Shown: positions 38,643 through 51,179, numbered from the stretch's first letter. The stretch is DNA of 64,000 nt from Syntrophales bacterium (GCA_049521775.1 JBEKOL010000017.1:2732-66731), one strand, 5' to 3'. Made by a program: numbers and translations. The notes: a model not told the origin generated them from the sequence alone.

Positions 38643-38684
38643 CTTCTAATTAAGCATTCTGAAAAAAATACGGGGTAATGAAAA

Positions 38685-39953
38685 ATGGAAAACGTGGTCA
38701 TTCTGAGCTGTGTCCGCACACCGATAGGCGCCTATGGCGGGGCCATGAAAGATATTCCGGTCTACAGGCTGGGCAGCCTCGTTTTGAATGAGGCTGTTAA
38801 GAGGGCCGGTATCGAAGCTGTTGCGGTTGATGATGTCATCATGGGGACGTCCTACCAGAACGGGGAATGCGCCAACGGTGCGCGCATGGCAGTTCTTGAT
38901 TCGGGCTGGCCGGATACTGTGCCGGGCGTCGTAATAGACCGTCGCTGCTGTTCAGGAGTTGAATCCATATTCTACGGCGCTCTGCAGATACAGACCGGAA
39001 ACGCCGAGATCATAGTTGCAGGTGGTATGGACAGCATGAGTCAGGCAGAACTCTATATACCAGGTGATATTAAATGGGGTCTTGGTGGAAAGAACCATGA
39101 AAAGCACGGTTTCATGCCCAGAGGTCACGGTGCCCTCACCATGTGGGGTATTCCCCTGTACGACAGGATTCAGCGCGGCAGGGTGATGTCTCAGCCCATC
39201 CACCGTTACGGAGAGTTGAACTCGATGATGTCCTGGGCGGAGATGGCGGCCAAGAGGGAAAAAATAACCCGTGAAGAGGCGGACAGCTGGGCATATCACA
39301 GCCACAAGAAAGCAGTTGCTGCATGGGATGCCGGGAAATTTGCACAGGAAATAGTCCCCGTTCCCATCGGAAAGGGAAAAGACGGGGATATCATATTTTT
39401 CAATACCGATGAGGGACCACGTCGCGAAACCACGATGGAAAGGCTTGCCAGGCTCCGGCCCGTTTATCCCGACGGCGTATGCACTGCCGGCAATTCCTCT
39501 TCCGAAAATGACGGCGCCTCTGTCGTTGTCCTCGCCTCGGAGAAAAAAGCAAACGAGCTCGGCGCCATGCCGATTGCATATTTTCGGTCGTGTGCCATTG
39601 CCGCCACGGATCCAACATTGACATATCCGGCGGTGCCCGTTTCCGTTTCCAAAGCTCTCAGGAAGTCCGGTTTGAAGATCGATCAAATCGATCTCATAGA
39701 GGTGCAGGAGGCCTTTGCAGTCCAGGCATTGGCCGACGCAAGGCTCTGTGGGCTCAGCGAAAAAGATATGGAAGAGAAGGTGAATGTGAACGGATCTGGC
39801 ATTTCTCTGGGCCATCCGGTGGGCGCAACCGGCACGATGAGACTGACAACGCTGCTCCATGAAATGAAAAGGCGCGATGCCCGTTACGGGCTCGAAACCG
39901 TCTGCGGCGGCGGCGGACAGGGTATCTGCATGATCGTGGAGAGAAAATCATAA
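38685..39953 (+). CDS. Acetyl-CoA C-acyltransferase (thiolase)
   Basis: Active-site Cys region VIDRRCCSGVESI, NVNGSGISLGHPVGATG (His), and CGGGGQG (Cys) at the C-terminus. Confidence 0.9.
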   Translation: MENVVILSCVRTPIGAYGGAMKDIPVYRLGSLVLNEAVKRAGIEAVAVDDVIMGTSYQNGECANGARMAVLDSGWPDTVPGVVIDRRCCSGVESIFYGALQIQTGNAEIIVAGGMDSMSQAELYIPGDIKWGLGGKNHEKHGFMPRGHGALTMWGIPLYDRIQRGRVMSQPIHRYGELNSMMSWAEMAAKREKITREEADSWAYHSHKKAVAAWDAGKFAQEIVPVPIGKGKDGDIIFFNTDEGPRRETTMERLARLRPVYPDGVCTAGNSSSENDGASVVVLASEKKANELGAMPIAYFRSCAIAATDPTLTYPAVPVSVSKALRKSGLKIDQIDLIEVQEAFAVQALADARLCGLSEKDMEEKVNVNGSGISLGHPVGATGTMRLTTLLHEMKRRDARYGLETVCGGGGQGICMIVERKS

Positions 39954-39971
39954 ATCAGCAAGGAGGACAAG

Positions 39972-41129
39972 ATGGACTTTGCACAAACGCAAGAACAACA
40001 AATGATGCAGGATATGGCAAAAAATTTCGCCGAGAATGAAATCAAACCCTATGTAGAGGAAGATGAAAAGAATCAGCACTGGCGCAGGGAGATATTCGAA
40101 AAAATGGCCGAACTGGGTTTCTTCGGATTCTGCATAGACGAGAAATACGGCGGCAACGGCATGGGATTTTTCGAGGGAACCCTCGCAATTGAGCAGGTCG
40201 CAAAAGTCCATACGTCTTGGAGGATGGCCTTCAATATGCAGTGCTGGGGCCCTGCGTTGACAATCCAGAAATTCGGCACAAAAGCACAGAAGGACCATTA
40301 CATATCCAAGTTTGTAAGCGGCGAATACATCGGAAGCTTCGCGATGACAGAACCCGATATCGGCTCTGACGTTGCCGGCATGCGCTGCAGCGCGCAGGAT
40401 AAGGGAGATTATTTTCTCCTAAACGGCACCAAGATGTTCATAACCAACGGCACCATATGCAATCACGGACTCCTCTATGTGAAGACGGATAAGGATGCAG
40501 GTGCGAAGGGGATCACCTGCCTCATAATGGACTACAGCCTGCCCGGCATCACGCGTCGGAAAATTCACGATAAGGTGGGTTTGTGGGCTTCCGATACGGC
40601 GGAAATCACCTTTGAGGATGTCATGGTTCCCAAGGAGCTGATTCTTGGACAGGCAAACAAAGGATTCCATATCTGCATGGCACAGTTGAACGCAACTCGC
40701 CTTGGCTGCTCGGCCGGCGCCCTAGGCCTTTCCGGCGCCATCCTGGAGCAATCCATCAGATACGCAAACGAAAGAATACAATTCGGTAAACAGATAGGCA
40801 GATTCCAGCTCATTCAACAGCAGATCGCGGAAATGAAGATGGAGCACGAATCGCTCGCGGCCCTGGTTTACAAGGCGGCATGGCTGAAAGACAAAAACAT
40901 TCCAAACGTTATGGAGACCTCGATGTCCAAGCTCTACGGGGCAAAGATCGTCGTCCATGCGGCCAATGAATGCATGAAGCTTCACGGCTCCTACGGCTAT
41001 TCTGAGGAATATCCCTGCGGACGCTTCCTGCGGGATTCAAAGCAGTTTGAAACGCTCGAGGGGACTTCCAACATGCATACCATGATCGTGGCCAACGCCG
41101 TTCTCGGTTATGCCCTGAATAGAACATAG
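39972..41129 (+). CDS. Acyl-CoA dehydrogenase (short/medium-chain type)
   Basis: FAMTEPDIGSDVAGM, the YIKTDKDAGAKGIT loop, and the catalytic-base region YEGTSNMH-like LEGTSNMH. 385 aa. Confidence 0.92.
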   Translation: MDFAQTQEQQMMQDMAKNFAENEIKPYVEEDEKNQHWRREIFEKMAELGFFGFCIDEKYGGNGMGFFEGTLAIEQVAKVHTSWRMAFNMQCWGPALTIQKFGTKAQKDHYISKFVSGEYIGSFAMTEPDIGSDVAGMRCSAQDKGDYFLLNGTKMFITNGTICNHGLLYVKTDKDAGAKGITCLIMDYSLPGITRRKIHDKVGLWASDTAEITFEDVMVPKELILGQANKGFHICMAQLNATRLGCSAGALGLSGAILEQSIRYANERIQFGKQIGRFQLIQQQIAEMKMEHESLAALVYKAAWLKDKNIPNVMETSMSKLYGAKIVVHAANECMKLHGSYGYSEEYPCGRFLRDSKQFETLEGTSNMHTMIVANAVLGYALNRT

Positions 41130-41230
41130 GACTGTAAGATAAATTCAAAGCCCGGACTTTTCTCATTGAATGTCTCTTGGAGGACGGGTTGGCATGAATG
41201 AATCTATCGACACGCTAGGAGAAACAAAAA

Positions 41231-43066
41231 ATGGAATTCAAATACGATTTGAGAGATTTGAAATTTATTCTGAAGGAATGGCTTCCGTCCGAGGAGGTAT
41301 TCGCATGCGACCGGTTCAAGGAAAATTTTGGCATTGATGATATCGATATTACTTTGAATGAAGTTTACAAGGTCGCGCGGGAGATCGTGAATCCCATAAA
41401 CGCCGTCGGAGATAAAACGGGCGCAAAGCTGGAGAACGGTATGGTGGTGCCTTCACCAGGCTTCAAGGAAGCATATAGGTATCTTCAGCAAAACGGATGG
41501 GGATCAAGCAGCGAATGTATAAAGATTAAGACCGGTATGCCCCTTATCCTTTATAAGGCCATCTCTGAGATCAACCAGGCCGCATGCCCAGCTTTGACAT
41601 CCTACATTAAACTGACCAGCGGTGCAGCTAATCTGATTCTACGCTTCGGCACAGAAAAGGATGAATCCATGTTCTTGCAAAAAATGCTCACCGGTGAATG
41701 GCAGGGAACCATGTGCCTGACGGAACCCAACTTCGGATCGGATGTAGGCGATATAACAACAAGGGCATTCCCGACCAATGATCCCCGCATATACAGGATC
41801 AGGGGAACGAAGATGTTCATTACGGGCGGGGACGGCGGCCACTGCGAAAACACGATACACATGGTGCTGGCACGTCCCGAAGCAGGAACCACCGGCTCCC
41901 CCGGCATTGGCCTCTATATCGTTCCCAAGATCTGGGTGAACGCAGACGGGACACTGGGCAAGCCCAATGATGTCAGGACGGCGCGCCTCGAGCACAAGAT
42001 GGGACTCCATGCTCAGGCTACGGCGCTGCTCAATTTCGGCGACGACGACGAATGCTACGGAATCCGCCTAGGCCCCCCGCCCGACGACAGAGGCCGTTCC
42101 CAGGGCCTGGCGATGATGTTTCACATGATGAATGAGTCCAGGATCGCCACCGGCCACAACGCCAACACCCAGGCAGCCGCGGCCTACTATTTCGCATCCC
42201 AGTTCGCCACTGAGCGCATACAGGGAAGGCCTTTCGGTATAAAGAATGCCGAACGCGTCCCGATCATAAAGCACGAAGATGTCAGGAGGATGCTCCTTGA
42301 TATGAAGGCGCACGTCGAAGGCATCAGGGCTATGGTCTTCAAAGCATTTTATTATCTGGATATTCAGGCAAACTCCAGCGACAAAGAGAGAACCAGGAAA
42401 TTCGGCGAGCTGGCCGAGATACTCACTCCTATGGTAAAATGTTACGGTAGTGAGGCATGCCTCGGAATCATTTCCCAAGCAATCCAGGTCCTCGGAGGGG
42501 TCGGCTATACCCAGGAATTTCCGGTCGAACAATATCTCAGGGATTCAAAAATCCTGTCCATCTGGGAAGGGACATCTTTCATTCACGGAAACGACCTGGT
42601 TGGGAGAAAAATGCGTATGAAGGAGGGGTCTCCTTTTGCTAACTGGATGGCCACCATAAAGGAATTCATCGACGCTAACGGGAATGCCTTCGGGTTTGAG
42701 AAAGAGATGCGCAATTTGGCCAGGGGCTACCAGTGCCTGGAGGTAGTAAAAGCAACTTATGATTCCTGGTATGACAATATGGAGGAAAAAAGGTGTCTCA
42801 TACCCCTGTATGCGATAAAAGCGCTGTTCGTCTGTTCCCAGGTCCAGGTTGCCGAGTGTCTGACTGAGCAAGCACTGATAGCGAAGAAGAAACTCGATGA
42901 CATATCCGCCGATGCAGTCGAAACAACGTTCTATAAAGGGAAGATCGCGTGCGCCAGGTATTACGTCAACAACATATTGCCCAATGCTTTCCTTGCGACA
43001 GAGGTGATTAAAAATGAGGATGACACTGCCATGACTTGCCCCGAAGAAGCATTAATCGTCAGTTAA
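41231..43066 (+). CDS. Long acyl-CoA dehydrogenase with extra C-terminal helical domain
   Basis: MCLTEPNFGSDVGD, GGDGGHCENTIH, IWEGTSFIH, plus about 180 aa of C-terminal extension. 611 aa. Confidence 0.85.
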   Translation: MEFKYDLRDLKFILKEWLPSEEVFACDRFKENFGIDDIDITLNEVYKVAREIVNPINAVGDKTGAKLENGMVVPSPGFKEAYRYLQQNGWGSSSECIKIKTGMPLILYKAISEINQAACPALTSYIKLTSGAANLILRFGTEKDESMFLQKMLTGEWQGTMCLTEPNFGSDVGDITTRAFPTNDPRIYRIRGTKMFITGGDGGHCENTIHMVLARPEAGTTGSPGIGLYIVPKIWVNADGTLGKPNDVRTARLEHKMGLHAQATALLNFGDDDECYGIRLGPPPDDRGRSQGLAMMFHMMNESRIATGHNANTQAAAAYYFASQFATERIQGRPFGIKNAERVPIIKHEDVRRMLLDMKAHVEGIRAMVFKAFYYLDIQANSSDKERTRKFGELAEILTPMVKCYGSEACLGIISQAIQVLGGVGYTQEFPVEQYLRDSKILSIWEGTSFIHGNDLVGRKMRMKEGSPFANWMATIKEFIDANGNAFGFEKEMRNLARGYQCLEVVKATYDSWYDNMEEKRCLIPLYAIKALFVCSQVQVAECLTEQALIAKKKLDDISADAVETTFYKGKIACARYYVNNILPNAFLATEVIKNEDDTAMTCPEEALIVS

Positions 43067-43122
43067 GACAATCTAGAAATGGAGGAGCCACGATAAACAA
43101 CTTTTGTGAAGCTCAAATAATC

Positions 43123-43407
43123 TTACTCTACCTTCTTTACCTTTTTTCCCATGCGCCCGGACTCGCCCTGCCTGCAGTCCACTTTCATTGTCATATATAA
43201 CCTCGGGCAGTCTGTTTTGAGCTCATCCATGCAGCGCTTTACAACAAGCATGACCTCATCCCACTCTCCCTCTATTGATGTCCCCATCGGGCCTATATGA
43301 TGAGGGAGGCCGCTGCCCTTAATTATTCTAACCGCCCGCGATGCGTATTTACTCACGCTTTCCTCTTTACCAATCGGAAAAATAGAAAAATCAACGATGA
43401 CACTCAT
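43123..43407 (-). CDS. MTH1187/YkoF-family (UPF0045) thiamine-binding-like protein
   Basis: MSVIVDFSIFPIGKEESVSKYASRAVRIIKGSGLPHHIGPMGTSIEGEWDEVM is the typical family pattern. I take the ATG at 43407 (GGGGG plus 5 nt); the track ORF extends to 43425. Confidence 0.75.
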   Translation of the reverse strand: MSVIVDFSIFPIGKEESVSKYASRAVRIIKGSGLPHHIGPMGTSIEGEWDEVMLVVKRCMDELKTDCPRLYMTMKVDCRQGESGRMGKKVKKVE

Positions 43408-43449
43408 AACAACCCCCATTCGCACGCAGCATCCTTTTTAAAAGACCGA

Positions 43450-44109
43450 TCATTTAATCTTCTGAATATCTTTTTCCTTGGCTATGACTACGAGTATCTC
43501 GCCGTCCTTCAGGACAAAATTGGCGGCCGGCACCATGTGAACCTGGTCTGTCAGCACGTCTTTCACGGCGATGACCTCGATGTGATATCTGCTCCTCAAC
43601 TCAAGTTCACCGATGCTTTTCCCCAAAAAACTATTAGGAGGCGCAATTTCAAATATCATATAGCCCTCAGAAAGAGGAAGGCAATCGAGGACACTCGGAG
43701 AAATCAGACTTTTGGCAACTTTGCTGGCAACTTCCTTTTCAGGGATGATGACATCAGTTGCGCCAACCTTCTCGAGAATAAGTTTGTGCTCTTCGTTGGG
43801 CGCTTTAACTATTATATTCTTGACCTTCATCTTTTTCAGGTGAAGGGTTATGAGCGTGCTGGCTGCAAGGTCTTCGCCGAAGGAGATAATGACGACATCA
43901 TCCTCCTGAACGCCGATATGATCCATTACTTCGTTGTCCGTACCATCGGCAACAATTGCCTTAGTGGCAAAATCTTTTAAACGATGGACGGCCTCCTTAT
44001 CCTTATCGACGGCAATGACATCGAATCCATTTTCATATAATTCTTTGACGATATTGGAGCCAAAGATACCAAGCCCAACCACAACCACGCGCCGCGTTAT
44101 TGAAGCCAT
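43450..44109 (-). CDS. trkA: K+ uptake system NAD-binding subunit TrkA (TrkA-N + TrkA-C)
   Basis: VVVVGLGIFGSNIVKEL Rossmann motif and the C-terminal RCK_C (GKSIGELELRSRY.IEVIAV). Confidence 0.9.
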   Translation of the reverse strand: MASITRRVVVVGLGIFGSNIVKELYENGFDVIAVDKDKEAVHRLKDFATKAIVADGTDNEVMDHIGVQEDDVVIISFGEDLAASTLITLHLKKMKVKNIIVKAPNEEHKLILEKVGATDVIIPEKEVASKVAKSLISPSVLDCLPLSEGYMIFEIAPPNSFLGKSIGELELRSRYHIEVIAVKDVLTDQVHMVPAANFVLKDGEILVVIAKEKDIQKIK

Positions 44110-44121
44110 TACCGAACCTCC

Positions 44122-45474
44122 TTATCCAACCATGACAGACTCTTCTGCATATGTTAAGCCCCTTTTTGGGGAATACCAGGAAAAAGCGAGAGTCAGCGGT
44201 CCTATCCGCCCTGCAAACATCGTGAGGATGATAGCCAATTTCTGGCCTGTACTCAGGGTTGGCGTAATACCCATGGACAGTCCTACATTGCCAAAGGCAG
44301 ATATTGTTTCAAAAAGATACTCCACAAAGAAGTGACGGCTCTCAATGGGAGGTAAACTCCCTGCACCTCCTAACAACAGAAGAATTGATGTGATGAGAGT
44401 AACTGAAAAGGCGGAAGCGAAGATAATGGCGATAGTTCGTGTTAGAACCTCCCCCGGGATGGTCCTGTCATAGACATTCACCTGTTCCTGTCCTTTCAGC
44501 CGATTCCAGATCATCAGGAGGAGGAGTGCGAAACTCGTTGTCTTAATGCCTCCCCCCGTTGAACCGGGCGATGCACCTATAAACATCAACATAATGAGGA
44601 CAAGGATTGTCGGATTTGTCAGCTGACCTATATCAATCGTATTGAACCCTGCCGTACGGGGAGTTACCGATTGGAACAAAGACGTAAGAAGCTGCGTCTT
44701 GACAGGTGCGTCTTTAAGAATGTGATTCATCTCAAACAAATAAATAAATGCGGCGCCACCGAGGATCAGACTTGCTGTAGTTAGAAGGACTATTTTTGAA
44801 TGAACGGAAATCTTCTGCTGATATCCCCTCCACTTGGAAACGATCTCATACTGAACGATAAAACCTATCCCGCCAAGAATAATCAATGCCATGATTGTTA
44901 GATTGATGATTACATCATTCTGATAACGCATCAATTTATCCGGGAGGAGGGAGAGTCCGCAATTGTTGAAGGCAGAAACAGCATGATACAGAGCCTGATA
45001 GAAAGCCCGACTCGGAGAAAAATCCCGTGAAAACCGGAGAAATAAGAAAAATGTCCCTGCAGCCTCGATGATAAAGGTGAGGCCGAAAACCCATCTCATA
45101 ATAACGAAGAAATCTCTTCGCGGGGTATGGAGAAATGTAGACTGGAAAATTTCCCTGCCCTTAAAGGAGATGCCTCTTCCCATCAGTCCGAAAAGAACAA
45201 CGGAGAATGTAATAATCCCGAGCCCCCCGATTTGAAAGAGACACAGAGTCACAATCTGCCCGTTTAAAGACAGATCCTTGCCGATGTCTAAAACGCTAAG
45301 ACCCGTAACGCAAACCGCCGAGGCAGACGTGAAGAGTGCGTCAACAAAGTTTATATGACCGCCTGCGGTAGAATAAGGCAACCAGAGGAGAACCGCCCCT
45401 ATAAATATTACCGAGGCGAAACTGATGATAAAAAACCTCTGGGGAGATAACAGCTTCGATACAAACCGCTTCAT
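44122..45474 (-). CDS. trkH: K+ transporter TrkH/KtrB family membrane subunit
   Basis: Repeated pore-loop motifs (SAVCVTGLS, SAFNNCGLS, RTAGFNT, SAFGNVGLS). 450 aa. Confidence 0.9.
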   Translation of the reverse strand: MKRFVSKLLSPQRFFIISFASVIFIGAVLLWLPYSTAGGHINFVDALFTSASAVCVTGLSVLDIGKDLSLNGQIVTLCLFQIGGLGIITFSVVLFGLMGRGISFKGREIFQSTFLHTPRRDFFVIMRWVFGLTFIIEAAGTFFLFLRFSRDFSPSRAFYQALYHAVSAFNNCGLSLLPDKLMRYQNDVIINLTIMALIILGGIGFIVQYEIVSKWRGYQQKISVHSKIVLLTTASLILGGAAFIYLFEMNHILKDAPVKTQLLTSLFQSVTPRTAGFNTIDIGQLTNPTILVLIMLMFIGASPGSTGGGIKTTSFALLLLMIWNRLKGQEQVNVYDRTIPGEVLTRTIAIIFASAFSVTLITSILLLLGGAGSLPPIESRHFFVEYLFETISAFGNVGLSMGITPTLSTGQKLAIILTMFAGRIGPLTLAFSWYSPKRGLTYAEESVMVG

Positions 45475-45962
45475 GGGCTATTCTCATGCTCCTTTGGCCG
45501 TTTGAACAATGCAAAAAGCATAATGAAGGCTCCGAGGGTTATAGCAGAATCAGCAACATTAAAGGCTGGCCAGTGGTAGGCTCGTAAATGCACATCGATG
45601 AAATCAATCACCTCTCCAAGACGCACCCTGTCAATGAAATTCCCCAATGCACCGGACAGGATCAGGGAAAGGGCAAATATCATGAGCGGTTCTTCAGTTT
45701 TGCTCTTGGCTATATAGTAGAGAACAAGAATTATGGCTAAGACAGTTACCGTGAAGAAGAAGACGGACCGAAAGTCCGGCGAGGCATTGGCAAGAAAACT
45801 GAAGGCTGCTCCCGGATTCCTGACATACGTAATATTCAAAAAACCCCCTATGACCACAACGGATTCATGGACGGACATGGTCGAGTCGATGTAGGCCTTG
45901 GTAATGAAGTCGAGGAGCACTACCGTCGCCACAGTGGCACAGAGAATAAAATACTTTTTCAA
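45471..45962 (-). CDS. lspA: Lipoprotein signal peptidase (signal peptidase II)
   Basis: YVRNPGAAFSF, GNFIDR, FNVAD catalytic Asp motifs. The stop overlaps the trkH start by 4 nt. Confidence 0.9.
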   Translation of the reverse strand: MKKYFILCATVATVVLLDFITKAYIDSTMSVHESVVVIGGFLNITYVRNPGAAFSFLANASPDFRSVFFFTVTVLAIILVLYYIAKSKTEEPLMIFALSLILSGALGNFIDRVRLGEVIDFIDVHLRAYHWPAFNVADSAITLGAFIMLFALFKRPKEHENSP

Positions 45963-46158
45963 GATATGTCTCCGCTATTTTTAGATCACTCTTCGCAATA
46001 GAAGAATGAACTGTTTCGCTGATTCCGTGCAGTTGCAACCGCCGAATGCAATTTCCGCCGCAGGGATAACTCTTATCGGAACAGGCGGTGATCAGGATTT
46101 CTCGCACCGCTCCATATAACTTAATTGCAATGGCATCCTGAGAGAAACGCAGGATAAG

Positions 46159-48939
46159 CTAAAGGTTCGCAAGGCACCTTTCACAGATAGTCGGATGTTC
46201 ATTATTGACACCCACGGTCTCGCTGTACACCCAGCATCTGTCACATTTCTTTCCCCGTGTTTTTCTCACCCCAATCGTCAGACCTGCAAATTCAGGACTT
46301 ACGTAAGGGCTCTTGATGCCCTCTTTTTCTACAATACCGATCTGGGAGATGATCAGAAGGGTTTTTAAATCTTCAAGATGTGCCTCCAAAAACGCGCGGA
46401 GTTCACCTGACGCAGAGATATCCACACCGGCATCGAGGGAGTGCCCGACTACTTTATTCTTCCTTGCCGTTTCAATTGCCTTCGATATCTCTCCTCTGAG
46501 GGCGATCATCTTATTCCAGTTCGCGGCCAGACCCGCATCCATATACTCTGGATTCACTTCAGGGAATTGAGTAAGATGAACGCTGATTTCCTTGCCCTGA
46601 TGCGGAGGCAAAGATAACCATATCTCCTCCGCAGTGAAGGAAAGTATAGGGGCAAGCAGGCGTGTCATGGCATCAAGGATTACGAGCATGGCGCTTTGCG
46701 CAGAGCGTCGCTGCCGTGATTCCGCCCTGGATGTATAGAGTCTGTCTTTCAAGACATCTAGATAAAGGGCGCTCAGGTCAACGGTACAGAAATTATGAAG
46801 GGTGAAGAACGCATGATGAAATTGATACTGATTGTAAGCTGCCCTCACGCGCTGTATAATTTCTTGGAGCCTGTGAAGAGCCCACCGGTCGATTTCTTCC
46901 ATGTCCTGATAGGATACCATTTTACTGCGGTCAAAATCATACAGATTGCCCAGAACGAAGCGACTGGTGTTGCGAATGCGCCTGTAGGCCTCTACAAGGC
47001 GCTCAAGGATTTCGTCGGAAATCCTTATGTCTTGTGTATAATCTTCCGCAGCCACCCAAAGTCTCAATATCTCAACACCATACTTATCAATGATCTCCTC
47101 CGGGTCAACGACATTGCCCATGGATTTGGACATCTTCTTTCCCTCGCCGTCTACAACGAAACCATGTGTCAGGACAGTCCTGTACGGGGCGCGTCCTCTC
47201 GTTCCCACAGACTCCAGCAGCGAGGAATGGAACCACCCTCTGTGCTGATCGCTACCCTCGAGGTACATGTCCGCCGGGGAACCGAGGTATGATCGCTTTT
47301 CGAGCACTGCAGCATGACTCACGCCGGAATCAAACCACACATCGAGTATATCCGTCTCCTTTGAAAATTGGTCGCTCTGGCATACGGGGCAGACTGTTCC
47401 AACAGGCAGCAGGTCTTTCGTATCTCTCTCGAACCAGACATCGGCACCATATTCATTAACCAGCTTTACTACGTGCCCGATGATATCCTTTCTCATGAGG
47501 TCGCTCTTGCAACGGCTGCAGAAAAACATGGTGATAGGCACCCCCCATAACCTCTGCCGGGAGATGCACCAGTCAGGACGACTTCGAATCATTCCGGATA
47601 TCCTGTCGCGACCCCACGCCGGCAACCATTCTACGGCTTCGATAGCTTCGAGGGTTTTCTGCCTTAAGTTATTTTTATCCATAGAGATAAACCACTGCTC
47701 CGTGGATCTGAAAATGATGGGATTCTTGCACCGCCAGCAGTGAGGATAGGAATGCTCTATATCAACACGACCAAGCAGGGCCCCGACCTCGGCCAATTTC
47801 TTAATCACCGATTCGTTGGCATCGAAGACAAACTGCCCCGCGAAATCTTTGACATCGGAGGTGTATCGGCCGTCGTCGTCAACAGGGGCGTAATTGTCAA
47901 GACCATACTTCATGCCTATTTCGTAATCTTCCTGCCCATGCCCGGGTGCGATATGCACACACCCTGTGCCTGCGTCAAGGGTAACAAAAGGAGCCAGGAT
48001 CAGGAGGCTCTCGTGGTCGACCAGTGGATGTTTACATTTCAGGCCCTCCAGTACTGATCCCGGAAATTCGTCCACAACCTTGTAAGTCTTATAGCCGAAG
48101 GCATCCATGCAGTAGTCAAGAAGCTCCTTGGCAAGTATCAGAGTCTCATCATTCACTTTGACTGCCGCATAGATGAATTCCTCATGCACGGCGATTGCCT
48201 GGTTGGGCGGTATAGTCCAGGGGGTCGTCGTCCATATTACCACGCCTACTTTTTCTCCGGCCAGTTTCGGTCGGACCTTTGATATATCCGAGATCATCGC
48301 GAATTTGACATAAATGGACGGCGTCATATGATCACTGTATTCGACTTCGGCCTCCGCCAGGGCAGTCTTGCAGGAAGCGCACCAATACACCGGCTTTTTC
48401 CCCCTATAGACGTCACCGCTGAAATAAAGCTTTCCGAATTCCTCAATAGTCGCCGCCTCATAGTCGTAAGACATAGTGAGATAGGGCTTTTCCCATTCTC
48501 CAAAGACCCCCAATCGCTTAAACTGCCCCCTCTGGACACCCACATATCTGTCTGCAAACACCCTGCAGAACCGTCTTATATCAGCATGGGACATCTCATT
48601 CTTCATTGCGCCCAGTTCTTTCTCGACCTGATGTTCTATGGGAAGACCGTGACAATCCCAGCCGGGGACGTAGATACTGTCGAAACCGGACATATTCTTT
48701 GACTTAACCACCATGTCCTTAATCACCTTATTCAGCGCCGTGCCCAGGTGAATATTCCCGTTCGCATACGGGGGCCCGTCATGAAGGATGTACGTTTTTC
48801 TTCCCTTCAAGGATTGTCTGATCTTTTCATAGATGTTCATGCCCTCCCACATCTTGAGCAATTCCGGTTCCTTCCGTGAAAGATTAGCCTTCATGGGAAA
48901 GTTAGTTTTCGGTAGATTCAATGTATTCTTATAGTCCAT
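46159..48939 (-). CDS. ileS: Isoleucyl-tRNA synthetase
   Basis: HIGH motif ([11 protein letters not shown]), KMSKS, an editing domain, and the C-terminal Zn-finger CDRCW..CERC. ATG at 48939 is preceded by AGGAG plus 7 nt; the track ORF starts at an upstream TTG (48954). Confidence 0.97.
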   Translation of the reverse strand: MDYKNTLNLPKTNFPMKANLSRKEPELLKMWEGMNIYEKIRQSLKGRKTYILHDGPPYANGNIHLGTALNKVIKDMVVKSKNMSGFDSIYVPGWDCHGLPIEHQVEKELGAMKNEMSHADIRRFCRVFADRYVGVQRGQFKRLGVFGEWEKPYLTMSYDYEAATIEEFGKLYFSGDVYRGKKPVYWCASCKTALAEAEVEYSDHMTPSIYVKFAMISDISKVRPKLAGEKVGVVIWTTTPWTIPPNQAIAVHEEFIYAAVKVNDETLILAKELLDYCMDAFGYKTYKVVDEFPGSVLEGLKCKHPLVDHESLLILAPFVTLDAGTGCVHIAPGHGQEDYEIGMKYGLDNYAPVDDDGRYTSDVKDFAGQFVFDANESVIKKLAEVGALLGRVDIEHSYPHCWRCKNPIIFRSTEQWFISMDKNNLRQKTLEAIEAVEWLPAWGRDRISGMIRSRPDWCISRQRLWGVPITMFFCSRCKSDLMRKDIIGHVVKLVNEYGADVWFERDTKDLLPVGTVCPVCQSDQFSKETDILDVWFDSGVSHAAVLEKRSYLGSPADMYLEGSDQHRGWFHSSLLESVGTRGRAPYRTVLTHGFVVDGEGKKMSKSMGNVVDPEEIIDKYGVEILRLWVAAEDYTQDIRISDEILERLVEAYRRIRNTSRFVLGNLYDFDRSKMVSYQDMEEIDRWALHRLQEIIQRVRAAYNQYQFHHAFFTLHNFCTVDLSALYLDVLKDRLYTSRAESRQRRSAQSAMLVILDAMTRLLAPILSFTAEEIWLSLPPHQGKEISVHLTQFPEVNPEYMDAGLAANWNKMIALRGEISKAIETARKNKVVGHSLDAGVDISASGELRAFLEAHLEDLKTLLIISQIGIVEKEGIKSPYVSPEFAGLTIGVRKTRGKKCDRCWVYSETVGVNNEHPTICERCLANL

Positions 48940-49053
48940 GGGGGAACTCCTCAACGCTTCATAATCAATGACATTTTATACACTTAATATAATAATGGGC
49001 AAATTGGTAGTCGGGAACGCTATCACAGAAATTAACCTCTTTCAAGCAGAACT

Positions 49054-49090
49054 AAAAAAGCCCCCTGCCGCAAAACAGGGGGCTTTTTAA
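49054..49090 (-). terminator. Rho-independent terminator downstream of groEL
   Basis: A 9-bp GC-rich stem agccccctg (49059-49067) / cagggggct (49076-49084) with an 8-nt loop. A/T runs flank both sides, giving a T-run on the minus strand. Confidence 0.7.
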
Positions 49091-49114
49091 AAATGAGATA
49101 AGATTAATATCCTC

Positions 49115-50749
<1,635 letters not shown>

Positions 50750-50777
50750 CTAATATATCCTCCTTATGATCATATTA

Positions 50778-51068
50778 TTACTTTTCAATGATTCCCAATA
50801 TATCGTCTTCTCTCATGATGAGATGTTCTACGCCATTGATCTTGACTTCCGTACCAGCATACTTACTGAATAGAATCCTATCTCCGGCTTTGACATCAGG
50901 CTTTACTAGTTTGCCGTCTTCTGTCGTCTTTCCCTTGCCTACGGCTACGACCTCGCCCTCTACAGGCTTTTCTTTGGCTGTGTCGGGGATTATAATCCCG
51001 CCTTTTGTCTTCTGTTCTTCCTCTAACCTCTTGATAATCACGCGATCCTGTAATGGCCTAATCTTCAT
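50778..51068 (-). CDS. groES: Co-chaperonin GroES
   Basis: [45 protein letters not shown] at 51068 is preceded by AGGAGAG; the track ORF extends upstream to 51125. Confidence 0.97.
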   Translation of the reverse strand: MKIRPLQDRVIIKRLEEEQKTKGGIIIPDTAKEKPVEGEVVAVGKGKTTEDGKLVKPDVKAGDRILFSKYAGTEVKINGVEHLIMREDDILGIIEK

Positions 51069-51151
51069 GATCCCATCTCTCCTTTCCTTATTTTTTATAT
51101 TTTCTTGGTATTTTCTGTCAGGCAATCATATCCGTTCATCGATTTTGAACT

Positions 51152-51179
51152 AAAATAAGCATAAATTCCCTCATGTCAA
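51152..51179 (-). promoter_or_regulatory. Putative promoter of groES-groEL
   Basis: Minus strand reads CTTGACA (-35, 51180-51174), a 16-nt spacer, then TATTTT (51157-51152), about 85 nt upstream of the groES ATG. Whether it is a sigma70- or sigma32-type promoter cannot be decided from sequence. Confidence 0.3.

Noticed and set aside
38952-39860. 302-aa ORF on the minus strand.
   Set aside because: It is entirely antisense to the thiolase gene, whose catalytic motifs are clear. Its Arg/Gly/His-rich composition is typical of a shadow frame.
43297-43980. 227-aa ORF on the plus strand.
   Set aside because: It is antisense to trkA and the MTH1187-family gene, both with strong family motifs. It has no motif or RBS of its own.
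45865-46107. 80-aa ORF spanning the ileS-lspA spacer (looked for a DksA/TraR-type zinc-finger gene often found there).
   Set aside because: It overlaps the lspA start in another frame and has no CxxC-N17-CxxC motif. The 196-bp spacer appears non-coding.
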